Source of the DNA: Squalus acanthias
Lineage: Eukaryota
Length of the DNA stretch: 64,000 nt
Direction: 5' to 3'
Assembly (NCBI GenBank): GCA_030390025.1
Contig: CM059438.1
Span: 55,988,001 to 56,052,000 of the forward strand
Below the pieces are notes generated by a model. The model worked only from the letters and a program-made list of their open reading frames with translations. It did no database searches and had not been told where the DNA came from. Position 1 is the stretch's first letter. Every line of letters begins with the position of its first letter. The position numbers were made by a program, and so were the translations under genes. Shown here one piece after another: positions 50,401 through 64,000 of this stretch.

Positions 50401-53400
50401 CTGATCTGTCCATTCCCCCCTGTGTACAGTAGTTCTATCTGATCTGTCCATTCCCCTCTGTGTACAGTAGTTCTATCTGATCTGTCCATTCCCTCTGTGT
50501 ACAGTAGTTCTATCTGATCTGTCCATTCCCCTCTGTGTACAGTAGTTCTATCTGATCTGTCCATTCCCTCTGTGTACAGTAGTTCTATCTGATCTGTCCA
50601 TTCCCTCTGTGTACAGTAGTTCTATCTGATCTGTCCATTCCCTCTGTGTACAGTAGTTCTATCTGATCTGTCCATTCCCTCTGTGTACAGTAGTTCTATC
50701 TGATCTGTCCATTCCCTCTGTGTACAGTAGTTCTATCTGATCTGTCCATTCCCTCTGTGTACAGTAGTTCTATCTGATCTGTCCATTCCCTCTGTGTACA
50801 GTAGTTCTATCTGATCTGTCCATTCCCCTCTGTGTACAGTAGTTCTATCTGATCTGTCCATTCCCTCTGTGTACAGTAGTTCTATCTGATCTGTCCATTC
50901 CCTCTGTGTACAGTAGTTCTATCTGATCTGTCCATTCCCCTCTGTGTACAGTAGTTCTATCTGATCTGTCCATTCCCTCTGTGTACAGTAGTTCTATCTG
51001 ATCTGTCCATTCCCTCTGTGTACAGTAGTTCTATCTGATCTGTCCATTCCCTCTGTGTACAGTAGTTCTATCTGATCTGTCCATTCCCCTCTGTGTACAG
51101 TAGTTCTATCTGATCTGTCCATTCCCTCTGTGTACAGTAGTTCTATCTGATCTGTCCATTCCCTCTGTGTACAGTAGTTCTATCTGATCTGTCCATTCCC
51201 TCTGTGTACAGTAGTTCTATCTGATCTGTCCATTCCCTCTGTGTACAGTAGTTCTATCTGATCTGTCCATTCCCTCTGTGTACAGTAGTTCTATCTGATC
51301 TGTCCATTCCCTCTGTGTACAGTAGTTCTATCTGATCTGTCCATTCCCTCTGTGTACAGTAGTTCTATCTGATCTGTCCATTCCCTCTGTGTACAGTAGT
51401 TCTATCTGATCTGTCCATTCCCTCTGTGTACAGTAGTTCTATCTGATCTGTCCATTCCCTCTGTGTACAGTAGTTCTATCTGATCTGTCCATTCCCCTCT
51501 GTGTACAGTAGTTCTATCTGATCTGTCCATTCCCTCTGTGTACAGTAGTTCTATCTGATCTGTCCATTCCCTCTGTGTACAGTAGTTCTATCTGATCTGT
51601 CCATTCCCTCTGTGTACAGTAGTTCTATCTGATCTGTCCATTCCCCTCTGTGTACAGTAGTTCTATCTGATCTGTCCATTCCCTCTGTGTACAGTAGTTC
51701 TATCTGATCTGTCCATTCCCTCTGTGTACAGTAGTTCTATCTGATCTGTCCATTCCCTCTGTGTACAGTAGTTCTATCTGATCTGTCCATTCCCCTCTGT
51801 GTACAGTAGTTCTATCTGATCTGTCCATTCCCCTCTGTGTACAGTAGTTCTATCTGATCTGTCCATTCCCTCTGTGTACAGTAGTTCTATCTGATCTGTC
51901 CATTCCCTCTGTGTACAGTAGTTCTATCTGATCTGTCCATTCCCTCTGTGTACAGTAGTTCTATCTGATCTGTCCATTCCCTCTGTGTACAGTAGTTCTA
52001 TCTGATCTGTCCATTCCCCTCTGTGTACAGTAGTTCTATCTGATCTGTCCATTCCCCTCTGTGTACAGTAGTTCTATCTGATCTGTCCATTCCCTCTGTG
52101 TACAGTAGTTCTATCTGATCTGTCCATTCCCCTCTGTGTACAGTAGTTCTATCTGATCTGTCCATTCCCTCTGTGTACAGTAGTTCTATCTGATCTGTCC
52201 ATTCCCTCTGTGTACAGTAGTTCTATCTGATCTGTCCATTCCCCTCTGTGTACAGTAGTTCTATCTGATCTGTCCATTCCCCTCTGTGTACAGTAGTTCT
52301 ATCTGATCTGTCCATTCCCTCTGTGTACAGTAGTTCTATCTGATCTGTCCATTCCTCTGTGTACAGTAGTTCTATCTGATCTGTCCATTCCCTCTGTGTA
52401 CAGTAGTTCTATCTGATCTGTCCATTCCCCTCTGTGTACAGTAGTTCTATCTGATCTGTCCATTCCCTCTGTGTACAGTAGTTCTATCTGATCTGTCCAT
52501 TCCCCTCTGTGTACAGTAGTTCTATCTGATCTGTCCATTCCCCCTGTGTACAGTAGTTCTATCTGATCTGTCCATTCCCTCTGTGTACAGTAGTTCTATC
52601 TGATCTGTCCATTCCTCTGTGTACAGTAGTTCTATCTGATCTGTCCATTCCCTCTGTGTACAGTAGTTCTATCTGATCTGTCCATTCCCCTCTGTGTACA
52701 GTAGTTCTATCTGATCTGTCCATTCCCCTCTGTGTACAGTAGTTCTATCTGATCTGTCCATTCCCCTCTGTGTACAGTAGTTCTATCTGATCTGTCCATT
52801 CCCCTCTGTGTACAGTAGTTCTATCTGATCTCGCCATTCCCTCTGTGTACAGTAGTTCTATCTGATCTGTCCATTCCCCCCTGTGTACAGTAGTTCTATC
52901 TGATCTGTCCATTCCCTCTGTGTACAGTAGTTCTATCTGATCTGTCTATTCCTCTGTGTACAGTAGTTCTATCTGATCTCTCCATTCCCTCTGTGTACAG
53001 TAGTTCTATCTGATCTGTCCATTCCCTCTGTGTACAGTAGTTCTATCTGATCTGTCCATTCCCTCTGTGTACAGTAGTTCTATCTGATCTGTCCATTCCC
53101 CTCTGTGTACAGTAGTTCTATCTGATCTCGCCATTCCCTCTGTGTACAGTAGTTCTATCTGATCTGTCCATTCCCTCTGTGTACAGTAGTTCTATCTGAT
53201 CTGTCCATTCCCCTCTGTGTACAGTAGTTCTATCTGATCTGTCCATTCCCTCTGTGTACAGTAGTTCTATCTGATCTGTCCATTCCCTCTGTGTACAGTA
53301 GTTCTATCTGATCTGTCCATTCCCCCTGTGTACAGTAGTTCTATCTGATCTGTCCATTCCCCACTGTGTACAGTAGTTCTATCTGATCTGTCCATTCCCC

Positions 53401-56400
53401 TCTGTGTACAGTAGTTCTATCTGATCTGTCCATTCCCTCTGTGTACAGTAGTTCTATCTGATCTGTCCATTCCCCTCTGTGTACAGTAGTTCTATCTGAT
53501 CTGTCCATTCCCCTCTGTGTACAGTAGTTCTATCTGATCTGTCCATTCCCCTCTGTGTACAGTAGTTCTATCTGATCTGTCCATTCCCTCTGTGTACAGT
53601 AGTTCTATCTGATCTGTCCATTCCCTCTGTGTACAGTAGTTCTATCTGATCTGTCCATTCCCTCTGTGTACAGTAGTTCTATCTGATCTGTCCATTCCCT
53701 CTGTGTACAGTAGTTCTATCTGATCTGTCCATTCCCCTCTGTGTACAGTAGTTCTATCTGATCTGTCCATTCCCCTCTGTGTACAGTAGTTCTATCTGAT
53801 CTGTCCATTCCCTCTGTGTACAGTAGTTCTATCTGATCTGTCCATTCCCCTCTGTGTACAGTAGTTCTATCTGATCTGTCCATTCCCTCTGTGTACAGTA
53901 GTTCTATCTGATCTGTCCATTCCCCTCTGTGTACAGTAGTTCTATCTGATCTGTCCATTCCCCTCTGTGTACAGTAGTTCTATCTGATCTGTCCATTCCC
54001 TCTGTGTACAGTAGTTCTATCTGATCTGTCCATTCCCCTCTGTGTACAGTAGTTCTATCTGATCTGTCCATTCCCTCTGTGTACAGTAGTTCTATCTGAT
54101 CTGTCCATTCCCTCTGTGTACAGTAGTTCTATCTGATCTGTCCATTCCTCTGTGTACAGTAGTTCTATCTGATCTGTCCATTCCCCTCTGTGTACAGTAG
54201 TTCTATCTGATCTGTCCATTCCCTCTGTGTACAGTAGTTCTATCTGATCTGTCCATTCCCTCTGTGTACAGTAGTTCTATCTGATCTGTCCATTCCCCTC
54301 TGTGTACAGTAGTTCTATCTGATCTGTCCATTCCCTCTGTGTACAGTAGTTCTATCTGATCTGTCCATTCCCTCTGTGTACAGTAGTTCTATCTGATCTG
54401 TCCATTCCCTCTGTGTACAGTAGTTCTATCTGATCTGTCCATTCCCCTCTGTGTACAGTAGTTCTATCTGATCTGTCCATTCCCCTCTGTGTACAGTAGT
54501 TCTATCTGATCTGTCCATTCCCCTCTGTGTACAGTAGTTCTATCTGATCTGTCCATTCCCCTCTGTGTACAGTAGTTCTATCTGATCTGTCCATTCCCTC
54601 TGTGTACAGTAGTTCTATCTGATCTGTCCATTCCCTCTGTGTACAGTAGTTCTATCTGATCTGTCCATTCCCCTCTGTGTACAGTAGTTCTATCTGATCT
54701 GTCCATTCCCTCTGTGTACAGTAGTTCTATCTGATCTGTCCATTCCTCTGTGTACAGTAGTTCTATCTGATCTGTCCATTCCCCTCTGTGTACAGTAGTT
54801 CTATCTGATCTGTCCATTCCCTCTGTGTACAGTAGTTCTATCTGATCTGTCCATTCCCTCTGTGTACAGTAGTTCTATCTGATCTGTCCATTCCCTCTGT
54901 GTACAGTAGTTCTATCTGATCTGTCCATTCCTCTGTGTACAGTAGTTCTATCTGATCTGTCCATTCCCCTCTGTGTACAGTAGTTCTATCTGATCTGTCC
55001 ATTCCCTCTGTGTACAGTAGTTCTATCTGATCTGTCCATTCCCTCTGTGTACAGTAGTTCTATCTGATCTGTCCATTCCCCTCTGTGTACAGTAGTTCTA
55101 TCTGATCTGTCCATTCCCTCTGTGTACAGTAGTTCTATCTGATCTGTCCATTCCCCTCTGTGTACAGTAGTTCTATCTGATCTGTCCATTCCCCTCTGTG
55201 TACAGTAGTTCTATCTGATCTGTCCATTCCCCTCTGTGTACAGTAGTTCTATCTGATCTGTCCATTCCCTCTGTGTACAGTAGTTCTATCTGATCTGTCC
55301 ATTCCCTCTGTGTACAGTAGTTCTATCTGATCTGTCCATTCCCTCTGTGTACAGTAGTTCTATCTGATCTGTCCATTCCCTCTGTGTACAGTAGTTCTAT
55401 CTGATCTGTCCATTCCCTCTGTGTACAGTAGTTCTATCTGATCTGTCCATTCCCCTCTGTGTACAGTAGTTCTATCTGATCTGTCCATTCCCCTCTGTGT
55501 ACAGTAGTTCTATCTGATCTGTCCATTCCCTCTGTGTACAGTAGTTCTATCTGATCTGTCCATTCCCTCTGTGTACAGTAGTTCTATCTGATCTGTCCAT
55601 TCCCTCTGTGTACAGTAGTTCTATCTGATCTGTCCATTCCCCTCTGTGTACAGTAGTTCTATCTGATCTGTCCATTCCCCTCTGTGTACAGTAGTTCTAT
55701 CTGATCTGTCCATTCCCTCTGTGTACAGTAGTTCTATCTGATCTGTCCATTCCCCTCTGTGTACAGTAGTTCTATCTGATCTGTCCATTCCCTCTGTGTA
55801 CAGTAGTTCTATCTGATCTGTCCATTCCCTCTGTGTACAGTAGTTCTATCTGATCTGTCCATTCCCTCTGTGTACAGTAGTTCTATCTGATCTGTCCATT
55901 CCCCTCTGTGTACAGTAGTTCTATCTGATCTGTCCATTCCCTCTGTGTACAGTAGTTCTATCTGATCTGTCCATTCCCTCTGTGTACAGTAGTTCTATCT
56001 GATCTGTCCATTCCCTCTGTGTACAGTAGTTCTATCTGATCTGTCCATTCCCTCTGTGTACAGTAGTTCTATCTGATCTGTCCATTCCCTCTGTGTACAG
56101 TAGTTCTATCTGATCTGTCCATTCCCTCTGTGTACAGTAGTTCTATCTGATCTGTCCATTCCCTCTGTGTACAGTAGTTCTATCTGATCTGTCCATTCCC
56201 TCTGTGTACAGTAGTTCTATCTGATCTGTCCATTCCCTCTGTGTACAGTAGTTCTATCTGATCTGTCCATTCCCTCTGTGTACAGTAGTTCTATCTGATC
56301 TGTCCATTCCCCTCTGTGTACAGTAGTTCTATCTGATCTGTCCATTCCCCTCTGTGTACAGTAGTTCTATCTGATCTGTCCATTCCCTCTGTGTACAGTA

Positions 56401-59400
56401 GTTCTATCTGATCTGTCCATTCCCTCTGTGTACAGTAGTTCTATCTGATCTGTCCATTCCCCTCTGTGTACAGTAGTTCTATCTGATCTGTCCATTCCCT
56501 CTGTGTACAGTAGTTCTATCTGATCTGTCCATTCCTCTGTGTACAGTAGTTCTATCTGATCTGTCCATTCCCTCTGTGTACAGTAGTTCTATCTGATCTG
56601 TCCATTCCCCTCTGTGTACAGTAGTTCTATCTGATCTGTCCATTCCCTCTGTGTACAGTAGTTCTATCTGATCTGTCCATTCCCTCTGTGTACAGTAGTT
56701 CTATCTGATCTGTCCATTCCCTCTGTGTACAGTAGTTCTATCTGATCTGTCCATTCCCTCTGTGTACAGTAGTTCTATCTGATCTGTCCATTCCCTCTGT
56801 GTACAGTAGTTCTATCTGATCTGTCCATTCCCTCTGTGTACAGTAGTTCTATCTGATCTGTCCATTCCCCTCTGTGTACAGTAGTTCTATCTGATCTGTC
56901 CATTCCCTCTGTGTACAGTAGTTCTATCTGATCTGTCCATTCCTCTGTGTACAGTAGTTCTATCTGATCTGTCCATTCCCTCTGTGTACAGTAGTTCTAT
57001 CTGATCTGTCCATTCCCCTCTGTGTACAGTAGTTCTATCTGATCTGTCCATTCCCTCTGTGTACAGTAGTTCTATCTGATCTGTCCATTCCCTCTGTGTA
57101 CAGTAGTTCTATCTGATCTCTCCATTCCCTCTGTGTACAGTAGTTCTATCTGATCTGTCCATTCCCCTCTGTGTACAGTAGTTCTATCTGATCTGTCCAT
57201 TCCCCTCTGTGTACAGTAGTTCTATCTGATCTGTCCATTCCCTCTGTGTACAGTAGTTCTATCTGATCTGTCCATTCCCTCTGTGTACAGTAGTTCTATC
57301 TGATCTGTCCATTCCCTCTGTGTACAGTAGTTCTATCTGATCTGTCCATTCCCCTCTGTGTACAGTAGTTCTATCTGATCTGTCCATTCCCTCTGTGTAC
57401 AGTAGTTCTATCTGATCTGTCCATTCCCTCTGTGTACAGTAGTTCTATCTGATCTGTCCATTCCCTCTGTGTACAGTAGTTCTATCTGATCTGTCCATTC
57501 CCCTCTGTGTACAGTAGTTCTATCTGATCTGTCCATTCCCTCTGTGTACAGTAGTTCTATCTGATCTGTCCATTCCCTCTGTGTACAGTAGTTCTATCTG
57601 ATCTGTCCATTCCCTCTGTGTACAGTAGTTCTATCTGATCTGTCCATTCCCTCTGTGTACAGTAGTTCTATCTGATCTGTCCATTCCCTCTGTGTACAGT
57701 AGTTCTATCTGATCTGTCCATTCCCTCTGTGTACAGTAGTTCTATCTGATCTGTCCATTCCCCTCTGTGTACAGTAGTTCTATCTGATCTGTCCATTCCC
57801 TCTGTGTACAGTAGTTCTATCTGATCTGTCCATTCCCTCTGTGTACAGTAGTTCTATCTGATCTGTCCATTCCCTCTGTGTACAGTAGTTCTATCTGATC
57901 TGTCCATTCCCTCTGTGTACAGTAGTTCTATCTGATCTGTCCATTCCCTCTGTGTACAGTAGTTCTATCTGATCTGTCCATTCCCTCTGTGTACAGTAGT
58001 TCTATCTGATCTGTCCATTCCCTCTGTGTACAGTAGTTCTATCTGATCTGTCCATTCCCCTCTGTGTACAGTAGTTCTATCTGATCTGTCCATTCCCTCT
58101 GTGTACAGTAGTTCTATCTGATCTGTCCATTCCCTCTGTGTACAGTAGTTCTATCTGATCTGTCCATTCCCCTCTGTGTACAGTAGTTCTATCTGATCTG
58201 TCCATTCCCTCTGTGTACAGTAGTTCTATCTGATCTGTCCATTCCCTCTGTGTACAGTAGTTCTATCTGATCTGTCCATTCCCTCTGTGTACAGTAGTTC
58301 TATCTGATCTGTCCATTCCCTCTGTGTACAGTAGTTCTATCTGATCTGTCCATTCCCTCTGTGTACAGTAGTTCTATCTGATCTGTCCATTCCCTCTGTG
58401 TACAGTAGTTCTATCTGATCTGTCCATTCCCTCTGTGTACAGTAGTTCTATCTGATCTGTCCATTCCCTCTGTGTACAGTAGTTCTATCTGATCTGTCCA
58501 TTCCCTCTGTGTACAGTAGTTCTATCTGATCTGTCCATTCCCCTCTGTGTACAGTAGTTCTATCTGATCTGTCCATTCCCCTCTGTGTACAGTAGTTCTA
58601 TCTGATCTGTCCATTCCCTCTGTGTACAGTAGTTCTATCTGATCTGTCCATTCCCCTCTGTGTACAGTAGTTCTATCTGATCTGTCCATTCCCCTCTGTG
58701 TACAGTAGTTCTATCTGATCTGTCCATTCCCTCTGTGTACAGTAGTTCTATCTGATCTGTCCATTCCCTCTGTGTACAGTAGTTCTATCTGATCTGTCCA
58801 TTCCCTCTGTGTACAGTAGTTCTATCTGATCTGTCCATTCCCTCTGTGTACAGTAGTTCTATCTGATCTGTCCATTCCCTCTGTGTACAGTAGTTCTATC
58901 TGATCTGTCCATTCCCTCTGTGTACAGTAGTTCTATCTGATCTGTCCATTCCCTCTGTGTACAGTAGTTCTATCTGATCTGTCCATTCCCTCTGTGTACA
59001 GTAGTTCTATCTGATCTGTCCATTCCCTCTGTGTACAGTAGTTCTATCTGATCTGTCCATTCCCTCTGTGTACAGTAGTTCTATCTGATCTGTCCATTCC
59101 CTCTGTGTACAGTAGTTCTATCTGATCTGTCCATTCCCTCTGTGTACAGTAGTTCTATCTGATCTGTCCATTCCCTCTGTGTACAGTAGTTCTATCTGAT
59201 CTGTCCATTCCCCTCTGTGTACAGTAGTTCTATCTGATCTGTCCATTCCCCTCTGTGTACAGTAGTTCTATCTGATCTGTCCATTCCCCTCTGTGTACAG
59301 TAGTTCTATCTGATCTGTCCATTCCCTCTGTGTACAGTAGTTCTATCTGATCTGTCCATTCCCTCTGTGTACAGTAGTTCTATCTGATCTGTCCATTCCC

Positions 59401-62400
59401 TCTGTGTACAGTAGTTCTATCTGATCTGTCCATTCCCTCTGTGTACAGTAGTTCTATCTGATCTGTCCATTCCCTCTGTGTACAGTAGTTCTATCTGATC
59501 TGTCCATTCCCCTCTGTGTACAGTAGTTCTATCTGATCTGTCCATTCCCTCTGTGTACAGTAGTTCTATCTGATCTGTCCATTCCCTCTGTGTACAGTAG
59601 TTCTATCTGATCTGTCCATTCCCTCTGTGTACAGTAGTTCTATCTGATCTGTCCATTCCCCTCTGTGTACAGTAGTTCTATCTGATCTGTCCATTCCCTC
59701 TGTGTACAGTAGTTCTATCTGATCTGTCCATTCCCTCTGTGTACAGTAGTTCTATCTGATCTGTCCATTCCCTCTGTGTACAGTAGTTCTATCTGATCTG
59801 TCCATTCCCTCTGTGTACAGTAGTTCTATCTGATCTGTCCATTCCCTCTGTGTACAGTAGTTCTATCTGATCTGTCCATTCCCTCTGTGTACAGTAGTTC
59901 TATCTGATCTGTCCATTCCCTCTGTGTACAGTAGTTCTATCTGATCTGTCCATTCCCCTCTGTGTACAGTAGTTCTATCTGATCTGTCCATTCCCTCTGT
60001 GTACAGTAGTTCTATCTGATCTGTCCATTCCTCTGTGTACAGTAGTTCTATCTGATCTGTCCATTCCCCTCTGTGTACAGTAGTTCTATCTGATCTGTCC
60101 ATTCCCTCTGTGTACAGTAGTTCTATCTGATCTGTCCATTCCCTCTGTGTACAGTAGTTCTATCTGATCTGTCCATTCCCCTCTGTGTACAGTAGTTCTA
60201 TCTGATCTGTCCATTCCCCTCTGTGTACAGTAGTTCTATCTGATCTGTCCATTCCCTCTGTGTACAGTAGTTCTATCTGATCTGTCCATTCCCTCTGTGT
60301 ACAGTAGTTCTATCTGATCTGTCCATTCCCTCTGTGTACAGTAGTTCTATCTGATCTGTCCATTCCCTCTGTGTACAGTAGTTCTATCTGATCTGTCCAT
60401 TCCCTCTGTGTACAGTAGTTCTATCTGATCTGTCCATTCCCCTCTGTGTACAGTAGTTCTATCTGATCTGTCCATTCCCTCTGTGTACAGTAGTTCTATC
60501 TGATCTGTCCATTCCCTCTGTGTACAGTAGTTCTATCTGATCTGTCCATTCCCTCTGTGTACAGTAGTTCTATCTGATCTGTCCATTCCCTCTGTGTACA
60601 GTAGTTCTATCTGATCTGTCCATTCCCTCTGTGTACAGTAGTTCTATCTGATCTGTCCATTCCCCTCTGTGTACAGTAGTTCTATCTGATCTGTCCATTC
60701 CCTCTGTGTACAGTAGTTCTATCTGATCTGTCCATTCCCTCTGTGTACAGTAGTTCTATCTGATCTGTCCATTCCCTCTGTGTACAGTAGTTCTATCTGA
60801 TCTGTCCATTCCCTCTGTGTACAGTAGTTCTATCTGATCTGTCCATTCCCTCTGTGTACAGTAGTTCTATCTGATCTGTCCATTCCCTCTGTGTACAGTA
60901 GTTCTATCTGATCTGTCCATTCCCTCTGTGTACAGTAGTTCTATCTGATCTGTCCATTCCCTCTGTGTACAGTAGTTCTATCTGATCTGTCCATTCCCTC
61001 TGTGTACAGTAGTTCTATCTGATCTGTCCATTCCCCTCTGTGTACAGTAGTTCTATCTGATCTGTCCATTCCCCTCTGTGTACAGTAGTTCTATCTGATC
61101 TGTCCATTCCCTCTGTGTACAGTAGTTCTATCTGATCTGTCCATTCCCTCTGTGTACAGTAGTTCTATCTGATCTGTCCATTCCCTCTGTGTACAGTAGT
61201 TCTATCTGATCTGTCCATTCCCTCTGTGTACAGTAGTTCTATCTGATCTGTCCATTCCCTCTGTGTACAGTAGTTCTATCTGATCTGTCCATTCCCCTCT
61301 GTGTACAGTAGTTCTATCTGATCTGTCCATTCCCTCTGTGTACAGTAGTTCTATCTGATCTGTCCATTCCCCTCTGTGTACAGTAGTTCTATCTGATCTG
61401 TCCATTCCCTCTGTGTACAGTAGTTCTATCTGATCTGTCCATTCCCTCTGTGTACAGTAGTTCTATCTGATCTGTCCATTCCCTCTGTGTACAGTAGTTC
61501 TATCTGATCTGTCCATTCCCTCTGTGTACAGTAGTTCTATCTGATCTGTCCATTCCCTCTGTGTACAGTAGTTCTATCTGATCTGTCCATTCCCCTCTGT
61601 GTACAGTAGTTCTATCTGATCTCTCCATTCCCTCTGTGTACAGTAGTTCTATCTGATCTGTCTATTCCTCTGTGTACAGTAGTTCTATCTGATCTGTCCA
61701 TTCCCTCTGTGTACAGTAGTTCTATCTGATCTGTCCATTCCCTCTGTGTACAGTAGTTCTATCTGATCTGTCCATTCCCCTCTGTGTACAGTAGTTCTAT
61801 CTGATCTGTCCATTCCCTCTGTGTACAGTAGTTCTATCTGATCTGTCCATTCCCTCTGTGTACAGTAGTTCTATCTGATCTGTCCATTCCCTCTGTGTAC
61901 AGTAGTTCTATCTGATCTGTCCATTCCCTCTGTGTACAGTAGTTCTATCTGATCTGTCCATTCCCTCTGTGTACAGTAGTTCTATCTGATCTGTCCATTC
62001 CCTCTGTGTACAGTAGTTCTATCTGATCTGTCCATTCCCTCTGTGTACAGTAGTTCTATCTGATCTGTCCATTCCCCTCTGTGTACAGTAGTTCTATCTG
62101 ATCTGTCCATTCCCTCTGTGTACAGTAGTTCTATCTGATCTGTCCATTCCCTCTGTGTACAGTAGTTCTATCTGATCTGTCCATTCCCTCTGTGTACAGT
62201 AGTTCTATCTGATCTGTCCATTCCCTCTGTGTACAGTAGTTCTATCTGATCTGTCCATTCCCCTCTGTGTACAGTAGTTCTATCTGATCTGTCCATTCCC
62301 TCTGTGTACAGTAGTTCTATCTGATCTGTCCATTCCCTCTGTGTACAGTAGTTCTATCTGATCTGTCCATTCCCCTCTGTGTACAGTAGTTCTATCTGAT

Positions 62401-64000
62401 CTGTCCATTCCCTCTGTGTACAGTAGTTCTATCTGATCTGTCCATTCCCTCTGTGTACAGTAGTTCTATCTGATCTGTCCATTCCCCTCTGTGTACAGTA
62501 GTTCTATCTGATCTGTCCATTCCCTCTGTGTACAGTAGTTCTATCTGATCTGTCCATTCCCTCTGTGTACAGTAGTTCTATCTGATCTGTCCATTCCCTC
62601 TGTGTACAGTAGTTCTATCTGATCTGTCCATTCCCCTCTGTGTACAGTAGTTCTATCTGATCTGTCCATTCCCTCTGTGTACAGTAGTTCTATCTGATCT
62701 GTCCATTCCCTCTGTGTACAGTAGTTCTATCTGATCTGTCCATTCCCTCTGTGTACAGTAGTTCTATCTGATCTGTCCATTCCCTCTGTGTACAGTAGTT
62801 CTATCTGATCTGTCCATTCCCTCTGTGTACAGTAGTTCTATCTGATCTGTCCATTCCCCTCTGTGTACAGTAGTTCTATCTGATCTGTCCATTCCTCTGT
62901 GTACAGTAGTTCTATCTGATCTGTCCATTCCCTCTGTGTACAGTAGTTCTATCTGATCTGTCCATTCCCCTGTGTACAGTAGTTCTATCTGATCTGTCCA
63001 TTCCCCTCTGTGTACAGTAGTTCTATCTGATCTCGCCATTCTCTCTGTGTACAGTAGTTCTATCTGATCTGTCCATTCCCCTCTGTGTACAGTAGTTCTA
63101 TCTGATCTGTCCATTCCCCTCTGTGTACAGTAGTTCTATCTGATCTGTCCATTCCTCTGTGTACAGTAGTTCTATCTGATCTGTCCATTCCCTCTGTGTA
63201 CAGTAGTTCTATCTGATCTGTCCATTCCCTCTGTGTCCAGTAGTTCTATCTGATCGGTCCATTCCCTCTGTGTACAGTAGTTCTATCTGATCTGTCCATT
63301 CCCTCTGTGTACAGTAGTTCTATCTGATCTGTCCATTCCCTCTGTGTACAGTAGTTCTATCTGATCTGTCCATTCCCTCTGTGTACAGTAGTTCTATCTG
63401 ATCTGTCCATTCCTCTGTGTACAGTAGTTCTATCTGATCTGTCCATTCCCTCTGTGTACAGTAGTTCTATCTGATCTGTCCATTCCCCTGTGTACAGTAG
63501 TTCTATCTGATCTGTCCATTCCCTCTGTGTACAGTAGTTCTATCTGATCTGTCCATTCCCTCTGTGTACAGTAGTTCTATCTGATCTGTCCATTCCCTCT
63601 GTGTACAGTAGTTCTATCTGATCTGTCCATTCCCTCTGTGTACAGTAGTTCTATCTGATCTGTCCATTCCCTCTGTGTACAGTAGTTCTATCTGATCTGT
63701 CCATTCCCCTCTGTGTACAGTAGTTCTATCTGATCTCGCCATTCCCTCTGTGTACAGTAGTTCTATCTGATCTGTCCATTCCCCTCTGTGTACAGTAGTT
63801 CTATCTGATCTGTCCATTCCCTCTGTGTACAGTAGTTCTATCTGATCTGTCCATTCCCCTCTGTGTACAGTAGTTCTATCTGATCTGTCCATTCCTCTGT
63901 GTACAGTAGTTCTATCTGATCTGTCCATTCCCCTCTGTGTACAGTAGTTCTATCTGATCTGTCCATTCCCCTCTGTGTACAGTAGTTCTATCTGATCTGT
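41480..64000. repeat. Highly homogeneous 37-bp satellite (CTCTGTGTACAGTAGTTCTATCTGATCTGTCCATTCC)n, ~600 units
   Basis: Uninterrupted tandem array. Units of 36/37/38 bp differ almost only in C-run length. Confidence 0.99.

Noticed and set aside
41480..64000. 37-bp repeat is CRISPR-like in length
   Set aside because: Units are directly adjacent with no unique spacers, there are no cas genes, and the context is eukaryotic.
1..64000. Shared A(C/T)ACAGAG motif in the 20-, 37- and 67-bp satellites
   Set aside because: Only 7-8 bp in low-complexity sequence; too short to support common origin or a shared binding factor.

Overview
This is repeat-saturated vertebrate genomic DNA. The LINE and satellite types suggest a cartilaginous fish (inference). 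Layout: a 20-bp satellite (1-14077) with ~3.2-3.6 kb higher-order duplications, interrupted by a 1.75-kb PIF/Harbinger-like element carrying a frameshifted 3-exon Myb/SANT gene. A dense nest of CR1 and L2-like LINE copies spans ~14.4-40.7 kb, mixed with G-rich minisatellites and two opposite-facing arrays of a 67-bp satellite. Also present are a related 832-bp Harbinger MITE and two short Penelope-type fold-back elements, each with a minimal type I hammerhead ribozyme motif on both strands and a 13-15 bp TSD. Two small unique islands hold candidate minus-strand exons of a C8orf58/DUF4657-like gene, probably decayed. A 200-N gap is followed by a very homogeneous 37-bp satellite to the end of the window. 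Most long ORFs in the track are translations of tandem repeats, and no intact host gene can be supported.
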